Shown here in pieces: positions 1 through 10,847 of a stretch of DNA of 38,791 bases. This stretch comes from an uncultured Acetobacteroides sp. Lineage in GTDB: Bacteria > Bacteroidota > Bacteroidia > Bacteroidales > ZOR0009. How positions within the stretch are numbered: position 1 is the stretch's first letter; the number at the start of each line of letters is the position of its first letter. The notes under the pieces are model-generated. The model made no database searches, was not told the origin of the DNA, and worked only from the letters and a program-made list of their open reading frames with translations. The stretch covers positions 1 to 38,791 of the forward strand of contig CAXYUU010000001.1 in the NCBI GenBank assembly GCA_964292015.1. Direction: 5' to 3'. A program made the translations under genes and the position numbers.

Positions 1-90
1 GGGCAGGCTTACAACTTTTCGCGGCAGCCTAACACGACGAAGGGGCAGGCCCGACGGCAAGTCGCCAACCTGTAGCTCCTCCACGGGCGG

Positions 91-2193
91 CTACATCCCC
101 GAAATCACCACTTTTTTTACCACGCGCTTACCGTTGGCCACCATTTCGAGCAGGTACAGCCCGCTTTGCGTGGTTGGCAGCTGGAAGTCGGCAATATCGG
201 TTGGGTTGGTGTAGGTGTTGGAGCCTAGCTTTCGTCCGTTTATGTCGTAAAGATTCACGATTAGCGTACCGCTGAAGAACTTGTACACATTGCTGTTGGC
301 CGCCTGCATTTTTATGTGGATTACTCTGCTGCTAACGGGCACCGGGTAAACGGTGACGTTTTTGGCGTCAACCTCATCGCTGTATTCTATCGTAATAATG
401 TCGGATTTGGCAGTGCAGCCAAACTCGTTAGCCGACTCTACGTAGTATTTTCCAGGTTCCGCTATCTCGATACGCTGCGTTGTGGAGTTGTTGATGGGCT
501 GCCCGTTTAGGTACCACTGGTTTAGCAGGGTTGCTGGGGTAGACAGCGAGGTGCCTACTTTGTCGATGGCCGGTTTCTCCGGCTTTTCTTTGATAGCGGC
601 AATAAAAAACGATCCGGTAGGAATTCCATCTACGGTAAAGTCGGCAGTGATGGTTCGGTTGCTGCCTAGCTTAGCGGTGCTCCATACCAGCTTGTGAATG
701 CCCACGCCTGATACCTGGTTGGTGTTGTCGGCGCGAAGGTTTGTTATGGTAAGGTTGGCGTTTTCGGGGATTACCTGCAGGGTGATGGTATCTCCGTCGC
801 AGGGGGTAGGGTTGCTAACAAGCAGGGTGTTGTTGAGCATTCCGGTGCAGGTCGAATCGCCCGAGCCAATGGGGTCGAGCCATTTTTTGAGCTGGTATTT
901 GGGATCGTTGCTGCTGCTCCATGCTGCATGTACCGACGAAAAGTAGTCGTCCACGGGGTCTTCGCACGACGAAATGCCACCGGTAAGGTTGCCCACCACC
1001 TGATGGCCATTGTTGAATAGCGCCGATCCCGACGAGCCACCTTCGGTTGCTCCGATATCCCATCGGGCTACATGCCAGTGGGTGTTTGGGGCGAAACGCG
1101 AAGTAGGGTCAAGGTCGGAGTAGCTTCCTAGTGTGGGGGTATCGTTATCAACCGATATCTTTTTTACATCGCCATTGGGGTGGTGTAGGCAGGTGGCTTT
1201 GGGTTGGGTAAACGGGTTTTTGCGGATGTTCCAACCGGCGAAGTAGGGTTGGTATTCGAGGGGCGGGGCAACCGATAGCTCAAGCAGCGCGAAGTCGATT
1301 TTATCCTCAAATCCGGTTGCAATAACCTTTGCTCCAGATATCGTTTTACCCTGTATGATGCTGCTCGAACCGCACTCCTTCTTTTCGTAGCCAAAGTAGA
1401 AAACCGAATTAAGGGCATCGGCTTCGGATAGGATGCAGTGGCGGGCCGTAAGCAGGTAGGGATGCTTATCCTTTGCCGTGTTGTTTACCATTACGCCCGA
1501 ACATAGGCGAACTCCCGATGCGGTGTTGGTAAGAATCTTGACGATGCTGTTTTTTTCGAGCTGCCAATCCTTCCCCTCGGGGCAGCACAGGTCGATGTTG
1601 CAGCTTTGCGATATGTCGTTATCCAAGTCGTAGGCTTTTAGCGGGAGCCTATCGCCGTGCACCACCTCGTTGATGGTAAAGCGGGCCTTGCTACTTGTGG
1701 GCTTTTCGATTTCGAGTACGGCACAATCGCCGGGCACCAGGGGTAGCACCACTGTCGACTCGTTGGTGAGCTTGGTGAGCGTGTAGGCCACAAAGGTGTG
1801 GGTTGGATTGTACACAAAAACCTTTTGGCTGTCGAACGATTTACCCTTGTCTACCGTCAGCTTTAGCAGGAGGCATTTGGCCCCTTGTGAGGTTACCTTA
1901 ATTCGGTATATAATGGTTGATCCAACGGTGTCGGCTCTTGCTTGGTCGTTTATGCTAATGCTGGTGGCTACGGTAGCTCCAAATTCGAGCCGCTTTAAGT
2001 AGCTGTGCGATTTTGCTGCCGATCGGGCAAGTGCCGCAGCAGGTATGGGGATAGGGGGGAGGCTTATATTGGGGATTTCGTCAATCGAGCTGTTGGTTAT
2101 CGTAAAGGAAAGCGGAATTCGATCTTGTCCCATTGCGCGGCCATAGGATAAGATGCAGATTACTAAAGCCGCGATAGTAGATCGATTAAACAT
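91..2193 (-). CDS. Secreted trypsin-like (lysyl endopeptidase/Achromobacter protease I-like) serine protease with T9SS type A C-terminal sorting domain
   Basis: N-terminal signal peptide. Catalytic triad motifs LLTARHC, DFALLEL and TEGGSSGS, plus HHPNGDVKK. The C-terminus VYPVPV...LYDINGR...SGLYLL...VVKKVVI fits a Por secretion tail. Confidence 0.85.
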   Translation of the reverse strand: MFNRSTIAALVICILSYGRAMGQDRIPLSFTITNSSIDEIPNISLPPIPIPAAALARSAAKSHSYLKRLEFGATVATSISINDQARADTVGSTIIYRIKVTSQGAKCLLLKLTVDKGKSFDSQKVFVYNPTHTFVAYTLTKLTNESTVVLPLVPGDCAVLEIEKPTSSKARFTINEVVHGDRLPLKAYDLDNDISQSCNIDLCCPEGKDWQLEKNSIVKILTNTASGVRLCSGVMVNNTAKDKHPYLLTARHCILSEADALNSVFYFGYEKKECGSSSIIQGKTISGAKVIATGFEDKIDFALLELSVAPPLEYQPYFAGWNIRKNPFTQPKATCLHHPNGDVKKISVDNDTPTLGSYSDLDPTSRFAPNTHWHVARWDIGATEGGSSGSALFNNGHQVVGNLTGGISSCEDPVDDYFSSVHAAWSSSNDPKYQLKKWLDPIGSGDSTCTGMLNNTLLVSNPTPCDGDTITLQVIPENANLTITNLRADNTNQVSGVGIHKLVWSTAKLGSNRTITADFTVDGIPTGSFFIAAIKEKPEKPAIDKVGTSLSTPATLLNQWYLNGQPINNSTTQRIEIAEPGKYYVESANEFGCTAKSDIITIEYSDEVDAKNVTVYPVPVSSRVIHIKMQAANSNVYKFFSGTLIVNLYDINGRKLGSNTYTNPTDIADFQLPTTQSGLYLLEMVANGKRVVKKVVISGM

Positions 2194-2266
2194 AGAGTGT
2201 TTTTGTTAGGTTAACTTTAGCTTAGCTAAAGTTCTCCATTATAACATCCGAATTGCTCTAAATAAA

Positions 2267-2274
2267 TATATTTG
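2267..2274 (+). promoter_or_regulatory. Bacteroidota sigma-70 -7 element (TAnnTTTG) upstream of ruvA-sprA
   Basis: TATATTTG located 45 nt before the ruvA ATG. Confidence 0.55.
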
Positions 2275-2318
2275 CAAAACTAAAACAACTTTGCAACAAA
2301 TTGATATAAAAAATTGGC

Positions 2319-2900
2319 ATGTTCGAATACATTAAGGGAAGCTTGGCCGAAATTACTCCATCAAATGCAACTGTAGAGACTAGTGGTCTTGGCTACAACC
2401 TACACATATCCGTAAACACGTATTCGAAGATACATCAGCTAAAGGAGGTCAAACTTTTCCTTCACCATGTGGTGCGCGAAGATGCCGAGCTGCTTTTTGG
2501 CTTTGCCGATAAGGTGGAGCGCGATTTGTTTCGCCTGCTGATTAGCGTATCGGGTGTTGGCCCCAATACCGCTCGCATTATGCTCTCGTCGCTTACTCCT
2601 TCGGAGGTAGCAACAGCCATAACAACAGACGATCTTAACCGCATAAAGAGCGTTAAGGGTATTGGACTAAAAACCGCTCAGCGTATTTTGGTCGACTTGA
2701 AGGACAAGGTAGGTAAAGATTTGGTGGATGGCGACACCCTGCTCTCGGTGGGGAATGTTGCACGCGAGGAATCCTTATCGGCGTTGGTTATGCTGGGATT
2801 TGTTAAGGCAAATGTCGAAAAGGTGCTCGATAGTATTCTTAAGGATGATCCGGAGCTTAAGGTGGAAGGCATCATAAAAGCAGCTCTTAAAAGGCTATAA
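2319..2900 (+). CDS. ruvA: Holliday junction branch migration protein RuvA
   Basis: 193 aa. Contains VREDAELLFGF, HhH motifs VSGVGP and VKGIGLKTAQRI, and C-terminal ALVMLGF. Confidence 0.97.
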   Translation: MFEYIKGSLAEITPSNATVETSGLGYNLHISVNTYSKIHQLKEVKLFLHHVVREDAELLFGFADKVERDLFRLLISVSGVGPNTARIMLSSLTPSEVATAITTDDLNRIKSVKGIGLKTAQRILVDLKDKVGKDLVDGDTLLSVGNVAREESLSALVMLGFVKANVEKVLDSILKDDPELKVEGIIKAALKRL

Positions 2901-2906
2901 GTTGGA

Positions 2907-5900
2907 ATGATTAAACGATTACTACTTTACATATTCCTATTTTGTGTCACTTCGGCTAGTGGGATTGGTCCGTATGTCTGCTTTGTCGACTTAACTCAAG
3001 ATCAGGATACCAAGAAACAGGACGAAAAGTCGGTGTCGAAACCGCTCTTTGTCGATCCGGCAACGGGCGACTACATAATTTACGACCTAAAGAGCGAGCG
3101 GTATATTTTCTACAAAAACCAGAGCGTTTCGCACGGCATTCCCTACAAGGTGATGAGCCGCGACGAGTACCAGAAGTACCGCATACAAACCTCGATGCAG
3201 AGCCTGCTGATGGATCAACGCTCCACCCCAGCAGCAGGTAACGGTGGTTTGGCGAATACGCTAATCCCATCGTTAAATGTTGGAGGCGAGGGGTTCGATC
3301 GAATTTTTGGCAGCAATACCATTAGCGTAATCCCTCGGGGGTCGGTTGAGCTAACGTTAGGTATAAAGACGAATAAAACAGACAATCCGATAATAGCGGA
3401 GCAGTTTAGGAAAACATCCATATTCGATTTCCAGTCGAAGCTGCAGATGAATGTCACCGGAATGGTGGGCGAAAAGCTCAAGATGGACATCAACTACAAT
3501 ACCGAGGCGACGTTCGATTTCGAAAACAACGTTAAGGTGGAGTACACGGGCACCGAGGATGAGATTATTCAAAAGATTGAGGCGGGTAACGTATCGCTTC
3601 CTTTGCCGGGTACCCTTATTACCGGTAGCCAATCGCTATTTGGCTTCAAAACCCAGCTCAAGTTTGGCGACATAACCATGACATCGATCTTTAGCCGCCA
3701 GCGCGGGCAAAGCCAGTCGGTAGAGCTAAAGGGGGGCGCGCAAAATCAGCAGTTCGAGCTGCCGGTAGATGGCTACGATGCCAACCGCCACTTTTTGATG
3801 GGGCACTACTTTAGGGAGAGCTACGACAACGCGCTATCTACCTTTCCGCTTATTCAGTCGGGGGTAAACATCACCAAGATGGAGGTGTGGGTTACCAACA
3901 GAACGGCACAGTTCGATAATGCCCGTAACATCGTTGCCTTTCTCGATTTGGGCGAGCAGCAGCGTAACATATACAATAAGGGGGCTTTTACGGGTACCCC
4001 GTCAGTGGTATTCCCTACGAATGGGTCGAACAACCTCTACTCGATGATGACCGGTGCGCTATCGGGTATTCGGCAAATCGATCAAACCTCCAGCATTCTG
4101 GCAGGTATTGGGCTCCATCAGGGCGAGGACTTCGAGAAGCTCGAGAATGCGCGCAAGCTGAGCGCGAATGAGTATACGTTTAACCCCAAGTTGGGATATC
4201 TGTCGCTTAATACGGCGCTCAACAACGATGAAATACTTGGGGTTGCTTACGAGTATATCTTCAATGGAAAAACGTATACCGTTGGCGAGCTCTCGGGCGA
4301 TGGAATAGAAGCTCCCAAGGCGCTTATCGTAAAGCTGCTTAAGGGAACGAACCTTACCCCTAAGCTGCCCAACTGGAACCTGATGATGAAGAACATCTAC
4401 TCTATCGGCAGCTATCAGGTTAATAAGGAAAACTTTTACCTCGACATTCTGTATGAGGACAGCAAGGCAGGAACAACCATCAACTACATCCCCGAAGGGG
4501 CTATAAAAAATAAGCCGCTGCTTAGCGTGCTCAATCTCGATAAGCTCAACTCGCAGGGCGATCCCTATCCCGATGGTATTTTCGACTTTGTAGATGGTGT
4601 AACCGTACTTTCGGAGGGTGGCAAGGTGATTTTCCCCGTATTGCAGCCCTTTGGCAGCTACCTACGCACCAAGATTGGCGATAATGCGATTGCTGATCGG
4701 TACGTTTACCAGGAGCTCTACGACTCGTCGCTTACCAAGGCTAAGCAGGTGGCCGATAAGAATAAGTTTAAGCTCTTCGGAACGTTTCAGTCGTCGGCGG
4801 GTTCCGAAATTTCGTTAAACGCCATGAACATTCCACAAGGGTCGGTGGTGGTTACGGCAGGAGGTCTTAAGCTGGCCGAAAATATAGACTATACCGTCGA
4901 TTATACCCTTGGACGTGTTCGTATCATCAACCAGGCTTACCTCGAATCGGGGGTGCCCATTAAGGTGTCGTTGGAGAGCCAGGCACTGTTCAATATTCAA
5001 ACAAAAACGCTCGTTGGCTCGCACTTCGACTACCGAATATCCGACAACTTTCACATCGCGGCAACGGTGCTGAACCTCTCGGAGCGACCTCTTACGCAAA
5101 AGGTCAACTTCTCCGACGAGCCTATATCCAATACCATTTGGGGATTAAACCTTTCGTACCAAAACAAGGCGCCCTGGCTTACCTCGTTGGTTCAGAAAAT
5201 ACCACTTATAGAAACTCAAGCACCATCGAGCATCCTCTTTGAGGCGGAGTTTGCGCACTTTATCCCGGGCCATGCAAAGGCAATTGGGAAAACCGGCAAC
5301 TCGTATATCGACGACTTCGAAGGGGCAAAAATACCAATCGACTTACGGGGATGGAATTCTTGGACGTTGGCATCTACCCCGCAGGGGCAGCCCGACCTTT
5401 TCCCCGAAGGAAATCTATCGAACAATTTAGCCTACGGGTATAACCGGGCAAAGCTAGCTTGGTACAGTATCGACCCACTTTTCCTGCGAAACAGCTCGTA
5501 CACACCCGCTCATATTGCTCGCGATAAGGCGCAGCTGTCGAGCCACTGGGTGCGCGAAATTCGCGAGCGGGAACTTTTTCCCGAGAAGGATGAGGTACAG
5601 GGAATCCCGAACACAATACCGGTATTAAACCTTGCCTACTACCCAAAAGAGAAGGGTCCGTACAACTACGAGACTTCGGCAAGTATGGTATCTAAGGGTT
5701 TGCGTAGCGATGGTACCCTCGCGGCTCCCGAAACCCGCTGGGGAGGTATCATGCGCTCGATTCCGGTGAGCGATTTCGAAACTGCAAATGTCGACTACAT
5801 CGAGTTTTGGTTGATGGATCCATTTGTGTACGACCGAAACAAAAAGGGTGGGGAGCTTATCTTTAACCTAGGTAATATTTCGGAGGATATTCTTCGCGAT

Positions 5901-8900
5901 GGGCGTAAGTCGTTCGAAAACGGACTCCCCTCCAGTGCAACCGTCACCAAGGTAGATACCACCGTTTGGGGTAGGGTGCCCCTGATGCAGTCGTTGGTAA
6001 ACGCATTCGACAATAATGTGGCTGCCCGTAAGTTTCAGGATGTTGGTTTGGATGGATTAGGTGACGACGATGAGCGTAGCTTTTATAATGCCTACCTCAA
6101 GAATCTGGAAATGCTTTTTGGTGCAGGTTCTAAGGCATATCAGAATGTGCTGACCGACCCTTCGAACGATGACTACCACTACTTCCGTGGTGGCGATTAC
6201 GATGGGCAGAAGGTGTCGATACTCGATAGGTATAAGCGGTTCAATAACCAGGAGGGAAACTCGCCAGCATCGGAGCAAAGTGGCGAATCGTACAGCACTT
6301 CGTCAACGTCCATTCCCGATGGCGAGGATATCAATAGGGACAACACCCTTAGCGATGCCGAGTCGTACTTTCAGTATCGTATCCCGCTCACTCCAACAGG
6401 CGTAGAGGTGGGTAAGAATTTTGTGAGCGACAGGCGCGATGTGGAGGTTGATACGCCTACGGGCAAGAGTAAGGTTACCTGGTACCAGTTTAAGATCCCC
6501 ATCTCCGATTACGATAAAACAGTTGGAAATATCCAAGACTTTAAGTCCATCCGCTTTATCCGTATGCTGCTTCATGGATTCGAGGATACCACCATACTTC
6601 GCTTTGCTCGTCTAGAGCTGGTTAAGGGCGAATGGCGTAGGTACAACTTCTCGCTGCTCGAAGGGCAAGCCAGCAACGTACCACAAATGACCAATGGAAG
6701 CCTGGATATCTCTACGGTAAGCATCGAGGAGAATTCGAGTCGGGTTCCCATCAACTATATTCTTCCTCCGGGAATAGATCGGGTCATTGATCCGAGTAAT
6801 CCGCAGGTTATTCGCGAAAACGAGCAGGCCATGCAGCTTAAGGTGGCGGATTTGCAGGATGGCGATGCCCGGGCTACCTACAAAACTACCGGCTACGACT
6901 TCAGGCAGTACAAACGCCTGAAGCTCGATGTCCATGCCGAGGCCATATCCGGTCAGCCGCTTAAGAATGGCGACCTTTCCTTATTTATTCGTTTGGGTAG
7001 CGACTACCGTAATAACTACTACGAGTACGAAATTCCGTTGAGGCTTACCCCCTTTGGAAAATACTCCAGCGACAGGGCGTCGGATCGCGATATTGTGTGG
7101 CCAGCAGAGAATGCCCTGAACATTGCGCTCGAAGTGTTTCAAAATATTAAGCTAAAGCGGTACGATGCCATGCGGGCCTTGGGGTCGAATGCTTCTACCA
7201 CTCAGCTGTTCACCATAAACGACAATCTTAATACGGTACGTATACTTGGAAACCCCAGTTTAAGCAACGTGCGCACCATTATGATTGGTATTCGAAATCC
7301 GTCGAATAAGAATAGCATGACGGACGATGGGCAACCCAAATCGGGTACTATCTGGATCAACGAAATGCGGTTGAACAACTTCGACGAGGAGGGTGGATGG
7401 GCTGCCAATGCGCATATGGTTGCCAAGCTTGCCGATTTTGGTGTGGTATCGTTGGCCGGAAGTACGATAAAGCCGGGCTTTGGATCGCTGGAGAGTAAGC
7501 TCAACAACCGTAACCAGTCGGATATATACACCTACGATATGGCGGGTGATTTTGAGCTGGGCAAATTCTTTTCCGAAAAGGCGGGAGTGCGAATTCCCAT
7601 GCACGTTGGCTACTCCGAATCGATAGCTAATGCAAAGTATAGCCCAACCGATCAGGACTTGCTATTGAAAACCGCGCTAAAGTACCTGCCAAACGAGCAT
7701 GCGAAGGATTCTGTACTGCGGCTTGCCCAAGATTTCACCGCACGTAAGAGCATCAATTTTACCAATGTAAGCGTAGCCCAAAACGGGTCGAAATCGTCTA
7801 TACTATCGCCAGCCAACCTATCGGTAACCTACGCCTACAACGAAACCTACTCGCGTAATTCGCAAATGGAACGCCAGCTGCAGAAGAACTACAAGGGAAT
7901 CTTTAGCTACGCCTACAACTCCACGCCGGGCTACCTCGAACGTTTTGGTAAGGCAACCAATCGGGTTATTCGATCACCTTACATGCGGTTGATAAAGGAT
8001 TTTAATATTGGCTATAAGCCATCGCAGCTTAGCTTTATATCTGAAATAACTCGGAACTACAACGAGATACGCATTCGGAATCTATCGCCGACCTCTGGTG
8101 TTCAGATACCATCTACCTATGCAAAAGATTTTTACTGGAATCGCATCTACGCCCTGCAGTGGGACTTTACGAAGAATTTGAAGTTTACCTTCTCGGCCAA
8201 TAATATGGCTCGTATTGATGAGCCTGAAGGTATGGTTGACAAAAGTAGGGATAGGGCAAGCTACCAGGTATGGAAAGATTCGGTGTGGAAAAATATTGCC
8301 ATGGGTGGGCGTAATGTGCACTACGATCATACGTTTAAGCTTACCTACAACCTTCCAATTAATAAAATACCCATGTTTAACTGGGTGTCGGCATCGGCAT
8401 CGTACGATGGTAGCTACGATTGGGATTCGGGTCCTATTCTTCCTGCAGCAACGCTGTACTCTGTTGGGAATACCATCAAAAACATGAACCAGAGCTCGCT
8501 GATTGGAACGTTGAACATGGTTTCGCTATACAACAAGGTACCGTTCTTACGAGCCATAAACCAGGAGTTCGATAATGCCAACAAGCAGGTAATCTTGGTT
8601 AGTAAAACTTTTAAAACCGAGAAGATGACCCTCTTTAAGGGGCGTAAGCGTAATATAACGCACGACTTGGAAGGCGTAGACATTAAAATTGCAGTTTACG
8701 ATGCCAAGGGCAAGCTGGTTGATGGGGTTAGCCAGGTGGTATCCAAAGGACGTGTTTCGGTACAGGTTGCCGAAACGGTTAAGGGGGCAACCGTTCATAT
8801 TACGGGCAAGGTGCAGTACAAGCCTAATCCAATAGCCTACTTGGCTAAGGGAGCGGTTAGGCTGCTTATGGGTGTTCGAAATATTAGCGCTACCTATACC

Positions 8901-10217
8901 CAAAACGAGGGTACAATTCTTCCCGGATATAATAAAAGTTCCAGCTGGTTTGGAACCCTGAATACCTCGTCGGGATTGGCACCCGGATTGGCATTTATTA
9001 TGGGGCAGCAGGATCCCGACCTAATGGATGTGGCTCGTGCTAAGGGATGGCTGGTTGGCGACAACAACTTTACCCAGCCCTTTATGATGACTCACATGGA
9101 ATCCTTTTCGGCACGGTTAAACTTCGAACCGATAAAGGATTTGATAATCGATCTTACTGCCAATCGCACCTACCAGAATAACAGCAGCCGGTATGGAAGT
9201 ACAGGCGATGCTGGATCTACCATATTTAATGGGTCGTTTAGCATATCGGTGATTGGTATTGGTTCGGCTTTCGAAAGTCCAACCTCCGGTAATGGCTACC
9301 GATCGGCTGCTTTCGATAGGTTTATTAGTAACCGATCGGCTATATCGGAACGTTTGGGCTCCGCCCGGGCTGCTGCATCGGTAAATGGATATGATGGTAC
9401 GCCAGTAAAGGGGTATGCCAACGGGTATAGCCCGCTTTCGCAGGAGGTTATGCTTCCGGCATTCCTTTCGGCCTACACCAGCTACTCACCATCAAATGTG
9501 GGGCTCAAGCCGTTCATTCGTATTCCTTATCCAAACTGGACGATTCGTTACCAGGGATTTGGAAAAATGGCCATCCTTAAGCCGTACATTAATAATGCCG
9601 ATGTTGAGCACTCCTATAAAGCGGTGTACACCATTGGCGGGTACACCTCCAATCCTCAGTTTGATCCGATTGTCGATGGCTTTAGCTACGTGCGTAATGC
9701 CCAAAATGACTTTGTTCCGCGCCATGAGATTGTCAACGTGAGCATCTCGGAATACTTTCAACCTCTTTTTGGCGTTAATATTGGATGGGTGAACAACCTG
9801 CAAACCCAGGCACGGGTAAACAAGAGTAGGGTGGTGGCGCTTAGCTTAACCAACAACCAGATAACAGAGATTCGAAACAGCGAGTGGAATTTTACCGTCG
9901 GTTACCGACTCGATAACCCCGTTCGTTGGATTGATGGGGAAACTCAGAAGGTAGTACCATCGTACCTGAAGCTCGACTGCGGGTTGTCGTTTACCAACAA
10001 CCAATCGCTTATTCGAAAGATTGTCGAGAATTTTGTTCAGGCCTCTGATGGTCGCGAAACGGTTACCCTAAAGTTAAGCTCCGACTACATGTTTAATGAG
10101 ACGCTAAACATCCGGGCATTCTTTGATAGGGTGGTGAATAAACCATTGATATCGAACACCTATCCAACGGCTAATACATCTTTTGGATTTAGCGTGCGAT
10201 ATAATATAGGACAGTAG
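2907..10217 (+). CDS. sprA: T9SS outer-membrane translocon SprA (Sov)
   Basis: 2436 aa with signal peptide. Motifs include FDFENNVKVEYTG-EDEIIQKIEAGNVS, YIDDFEG, EYIEFW-like DYIEFWLMDPF, FKSIRFIR and WINEMRL. It ends in a beta-strand (FGFSVRYNIG). The ruvA-sprA-gcvH order is typical of Bacteroidota. Confidence 0.93.
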   Translation: MIKRLLLYIFLFCVTSASGIGPYVCFVDLTQDQDTKKQDEKSVSKPLFVDPATGDYIIYDLKSERYIFYKNQSVSHGIPYKVMSRDEYQKYRIQTSMQSLLMDQRSTPAAGNGGLANTLIPSLNVGGEGFDRIFGSNTISVIPRGSVELTLGIKTNKTDNPIIAEQFRKTSIFDFQSKLQMNVTGMVGEKLKMDINYNTEATFDFENNVKVEYTGTEDEIIQKIEAGNVSLPLPGTLITGSQSLFGFKTQLKFGDITMTSIFSRQRGQSQSVELKGGAQNQQFELPVDGYDANRHFLMGHYFRESYDNALSTFPLIQSGVNITKMEVWVTNRTAQFDNARNIVAFLDLGEQQRNIYNKGAFTGTPSVVFPTNGSNNLYSMMTGALSGIRQIDQTSSILAGIGLHQGEDFEKLENARKLSANEYTFNPKLGYLSLNTALNNDEILGVAYEYIFNGKTYTVGELSGDGIEAPKALIVKLLKGTNLTPKLPNWNLMMKNIYSIGSYQVNKENFYLDILYEDSKAGTTINYIPEGAIKNKPLLSVLNLDKLNSQGDPYPDGIFDFVDGVTVLSEGGKVIFPVLQPFGSYLRTKIGDNAIADRYVYQELYDSSLTKAKQVADKNKFKLFGTFQSSAGSEISLNAMNIPQGSVVVTAGGLKLAENIDYTVDYTLGRVRIINQAYLESGVPIKVSLESQALFNIQTKTLVGSHFDYRISDNFHIAATVLNLSERPLTQKVNFSDEPISNTIWGLNLSYQNKAPWLTSLVQKIPLIETQAPSSILFEAEFAHFIPGHAKAIGKTGNSYIDDFEGAKIPIDLRGWNSWTLASTPQGQPDLFPEGNLSNNLAYGYNRAKLAWYSIDPLFLRNSSYTPAHIARDKAQLSSHWVREIRERELFPEKDEVQGIPNTIPVLNLAYYPKEKGPYNYETSASMVSKGLRSDGTLAAPETRWGGIMRSIPVSDFETANVDYIEFWLMDPFVYDRNKKGGELIFNLGNISEDILRDGRKSFENGLPSSATVTKVDTTVWGRVPLMQSLVNAFDNNVAARKFQDVGLDGLGDDDERSFYNAYLKNLEMLFGAGSKAYQNVLTDPSNDDYHYFRGGDYDGQKVSILDRYKRFNNQEGNSPASEQSGESYSTSSTSIPDGEDINRDNTLSDAESYFQYRIPLTPTGVEVGKNFVSDRRDVEVDTPTGKSKVTWYQFKIPISDYDKTVGNIQDFKSIRFIRMLLHGFEDTTILRFARLELVKGEWRRYNFSLLEGQASNVPQMTNGSLDISTVSIEENSSRVPINYILPPGIDRVIDPSNPQVIRENEQAMQLKVADLQDGDARATYKTTGYDFRQYKRLKLDVHAEAISGQPLKNGDLSLFIRLGSDYRNNYYEYEIPLRLTPFGKYSSDRASDRDIVWPAENALNIALEVFQNIKLKRYDAMRALGSNASTTQLFTINDNLNTVRILGNPSLSNVRTIMIGIRNPSNKNSMTDDGQPKSGTIWINEMRLNNFDEEGGWAANAHMVAKLADFGVVSLAGSTIKPGFGSLESKLNNRNQSDIYTYDMAGDFELGKFFSEKAGVRIPMHVGYSESIANAKYSPTDQDLLLKTALKYLPNEHAKDSVLRLAQDFTARKSINFTNVSVAQNGSKSSILSPANLSVTYAYNETYSRNSQMERQLQKNYKGIFSYAYNSTPGYLERFGKATNRVIRSPYMRLIKDFNIGYKPSQLSFISEITRNYNEIRIRNLSPTSGVQIPSTYAKDFYWNRIYALQWDFTKNLKFTFSANNMARIDEPEGMVDKSRDRASYQVWKDSVWKNIAMGGRNVHYDHTFKLTYNLPINKIPMFNWVSASASYDGSYDWDSGPILPAATLYSVGNTIKNMNQSSLIGTLNMVSLYNKVPFLRAINQEFDNANKQVILVSKTFKTEKMTLFKGRKRNITHDLEGVDIKIAVYDAKGKLVDGVSQVVSKGRVSVQVAETVKGATVHITGKVQYKPNPIAYLAKGAVRLLMGVRNISATYTQNEGTILPGYNKSSSWFGTLNTSSGLAPGLAFIMGQQDPDLMDVARAKGWLVGDNNFTQPFMMTHMESFSARLNFEPIKDLIIDLTANRTYQNNSSRYGSTGDAGSTIFNGSFSISVIGIGSAFESPTSGNGYRSAAFDRFISNRSAISERLGSARAAASVNGYDGTPVKGYANGYSPLSQEVMLPAFLSAYTSYSPSNVGLKPFIRIPYPNWTIRYQGFGKMAILKPYINNADVEHSYKAVYTIGGYTSNPQFDPIVDGFSYVRNAQNDFVPRHEIVNVSISEYFQPLFGVNIGWVNNLQTQARVNKSRVVALSLTNNQITEIRNSEWNFTVGYRLDNPVRWIDGETQKVVPSYLKLDCGLSFTNNQSLIRKIVENFVQASDGRETVTLKLSSDYMFNETLNIRAFFDRVVNKPLISNTYPTANTSFGFSVRYNIGQ

Positions 10218-10246
10218 TTTGTACTTTAGAAATTTGTTTAACTTTG
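10218..10246 (+). promoter_or_regulatory. Possible internal promoter for gcvH
   Basis: TTTG at 10218-10221 and TAACTTTG at 10239-10246. The 17-nt spacing is slightly short of canonical. Confidence 0.4.
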
Positions 10247-10300
10247 GAGTGATTTTAAAAGGAAATCGAAGTGAAATGCTAACAATAAAACACTAGAATC

Positions 10301-10681
10301 ATGAATATTCCATCAAACCTTAAGTACACCAAAGATCACGAGTGGATTCTTGTTGAGGGTGATGTTGCTACAATTGGTATTACCGATTTTGCTCAGAGCC
10401 AACTTGGCGATATCGTATTTGTTGAAGTTGAAACCGAAGGTGAAACTCTCGACAGAGAAGAGGTATTTGGTACCATTGAAGCAGTTAAAACTGTATCTGA
10501 TGCCTTTATGCCATTAACTGGCGAGGTTGTTGAGGTAAACGAGAACCTAACCGACCACCCAGATAGCATCAACAAAGATCCATACGGAGCAGGTTGGATG
10601 ATTAAGGTTAAGGTTGCCAATGTTGCAGAACTTAACGATCTTCTATCTGCAGAGCAATACGCAGCGCTTATTAACGCCTAG
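10301..10681 (+). CDS. gcvH: Glycine cleavage system H protein
   Basis: 126 aa. Contains YTKDHEW, GITDFAQSQLGDIVFV, the lipoyl-lysine motif EAVKTVSD, and DPYGAGW. Confidence 0.97.
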   Translation: MNIPSNLKYTKDHEWILVEGDVATIGITDFAQSQLGDIVFVEVETEGETLDREEVFGTIEAVKTVSDAFMPLTGEVVEVNENLTDHPDSINKDPYGAGWMIKVKVANVAELNDLLSAEQYAALINA

Positions 10682-10698
10682 TATTTCGCAAGATATTT

Positions 10699-10730
10699 AA
10701 AAAAGGCCACCCAATTTGGGTGGCCTTTTT
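10699..10730. terminator. Bidirectional intrinsic terminator between gcvH and the convergent lanthipeptide cluster
   Basis: AAAAAAGGCCACCCAA-T-TTGGGTGGCCTTTTT is a perfect stem with A and T tracts on either side. Confidence 0.9.
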
Positions 10731-10847
10731 GCGTTTGGGCAATTCCTAAAACCCAATGGGAATATGGTGGTGCCAAAGCCCTTAAGGCAACGACTTAGTA
10801 CTGGGATGTGTCTTAACGTTTTGCATCTAAATGACTATTTTCAGGAG

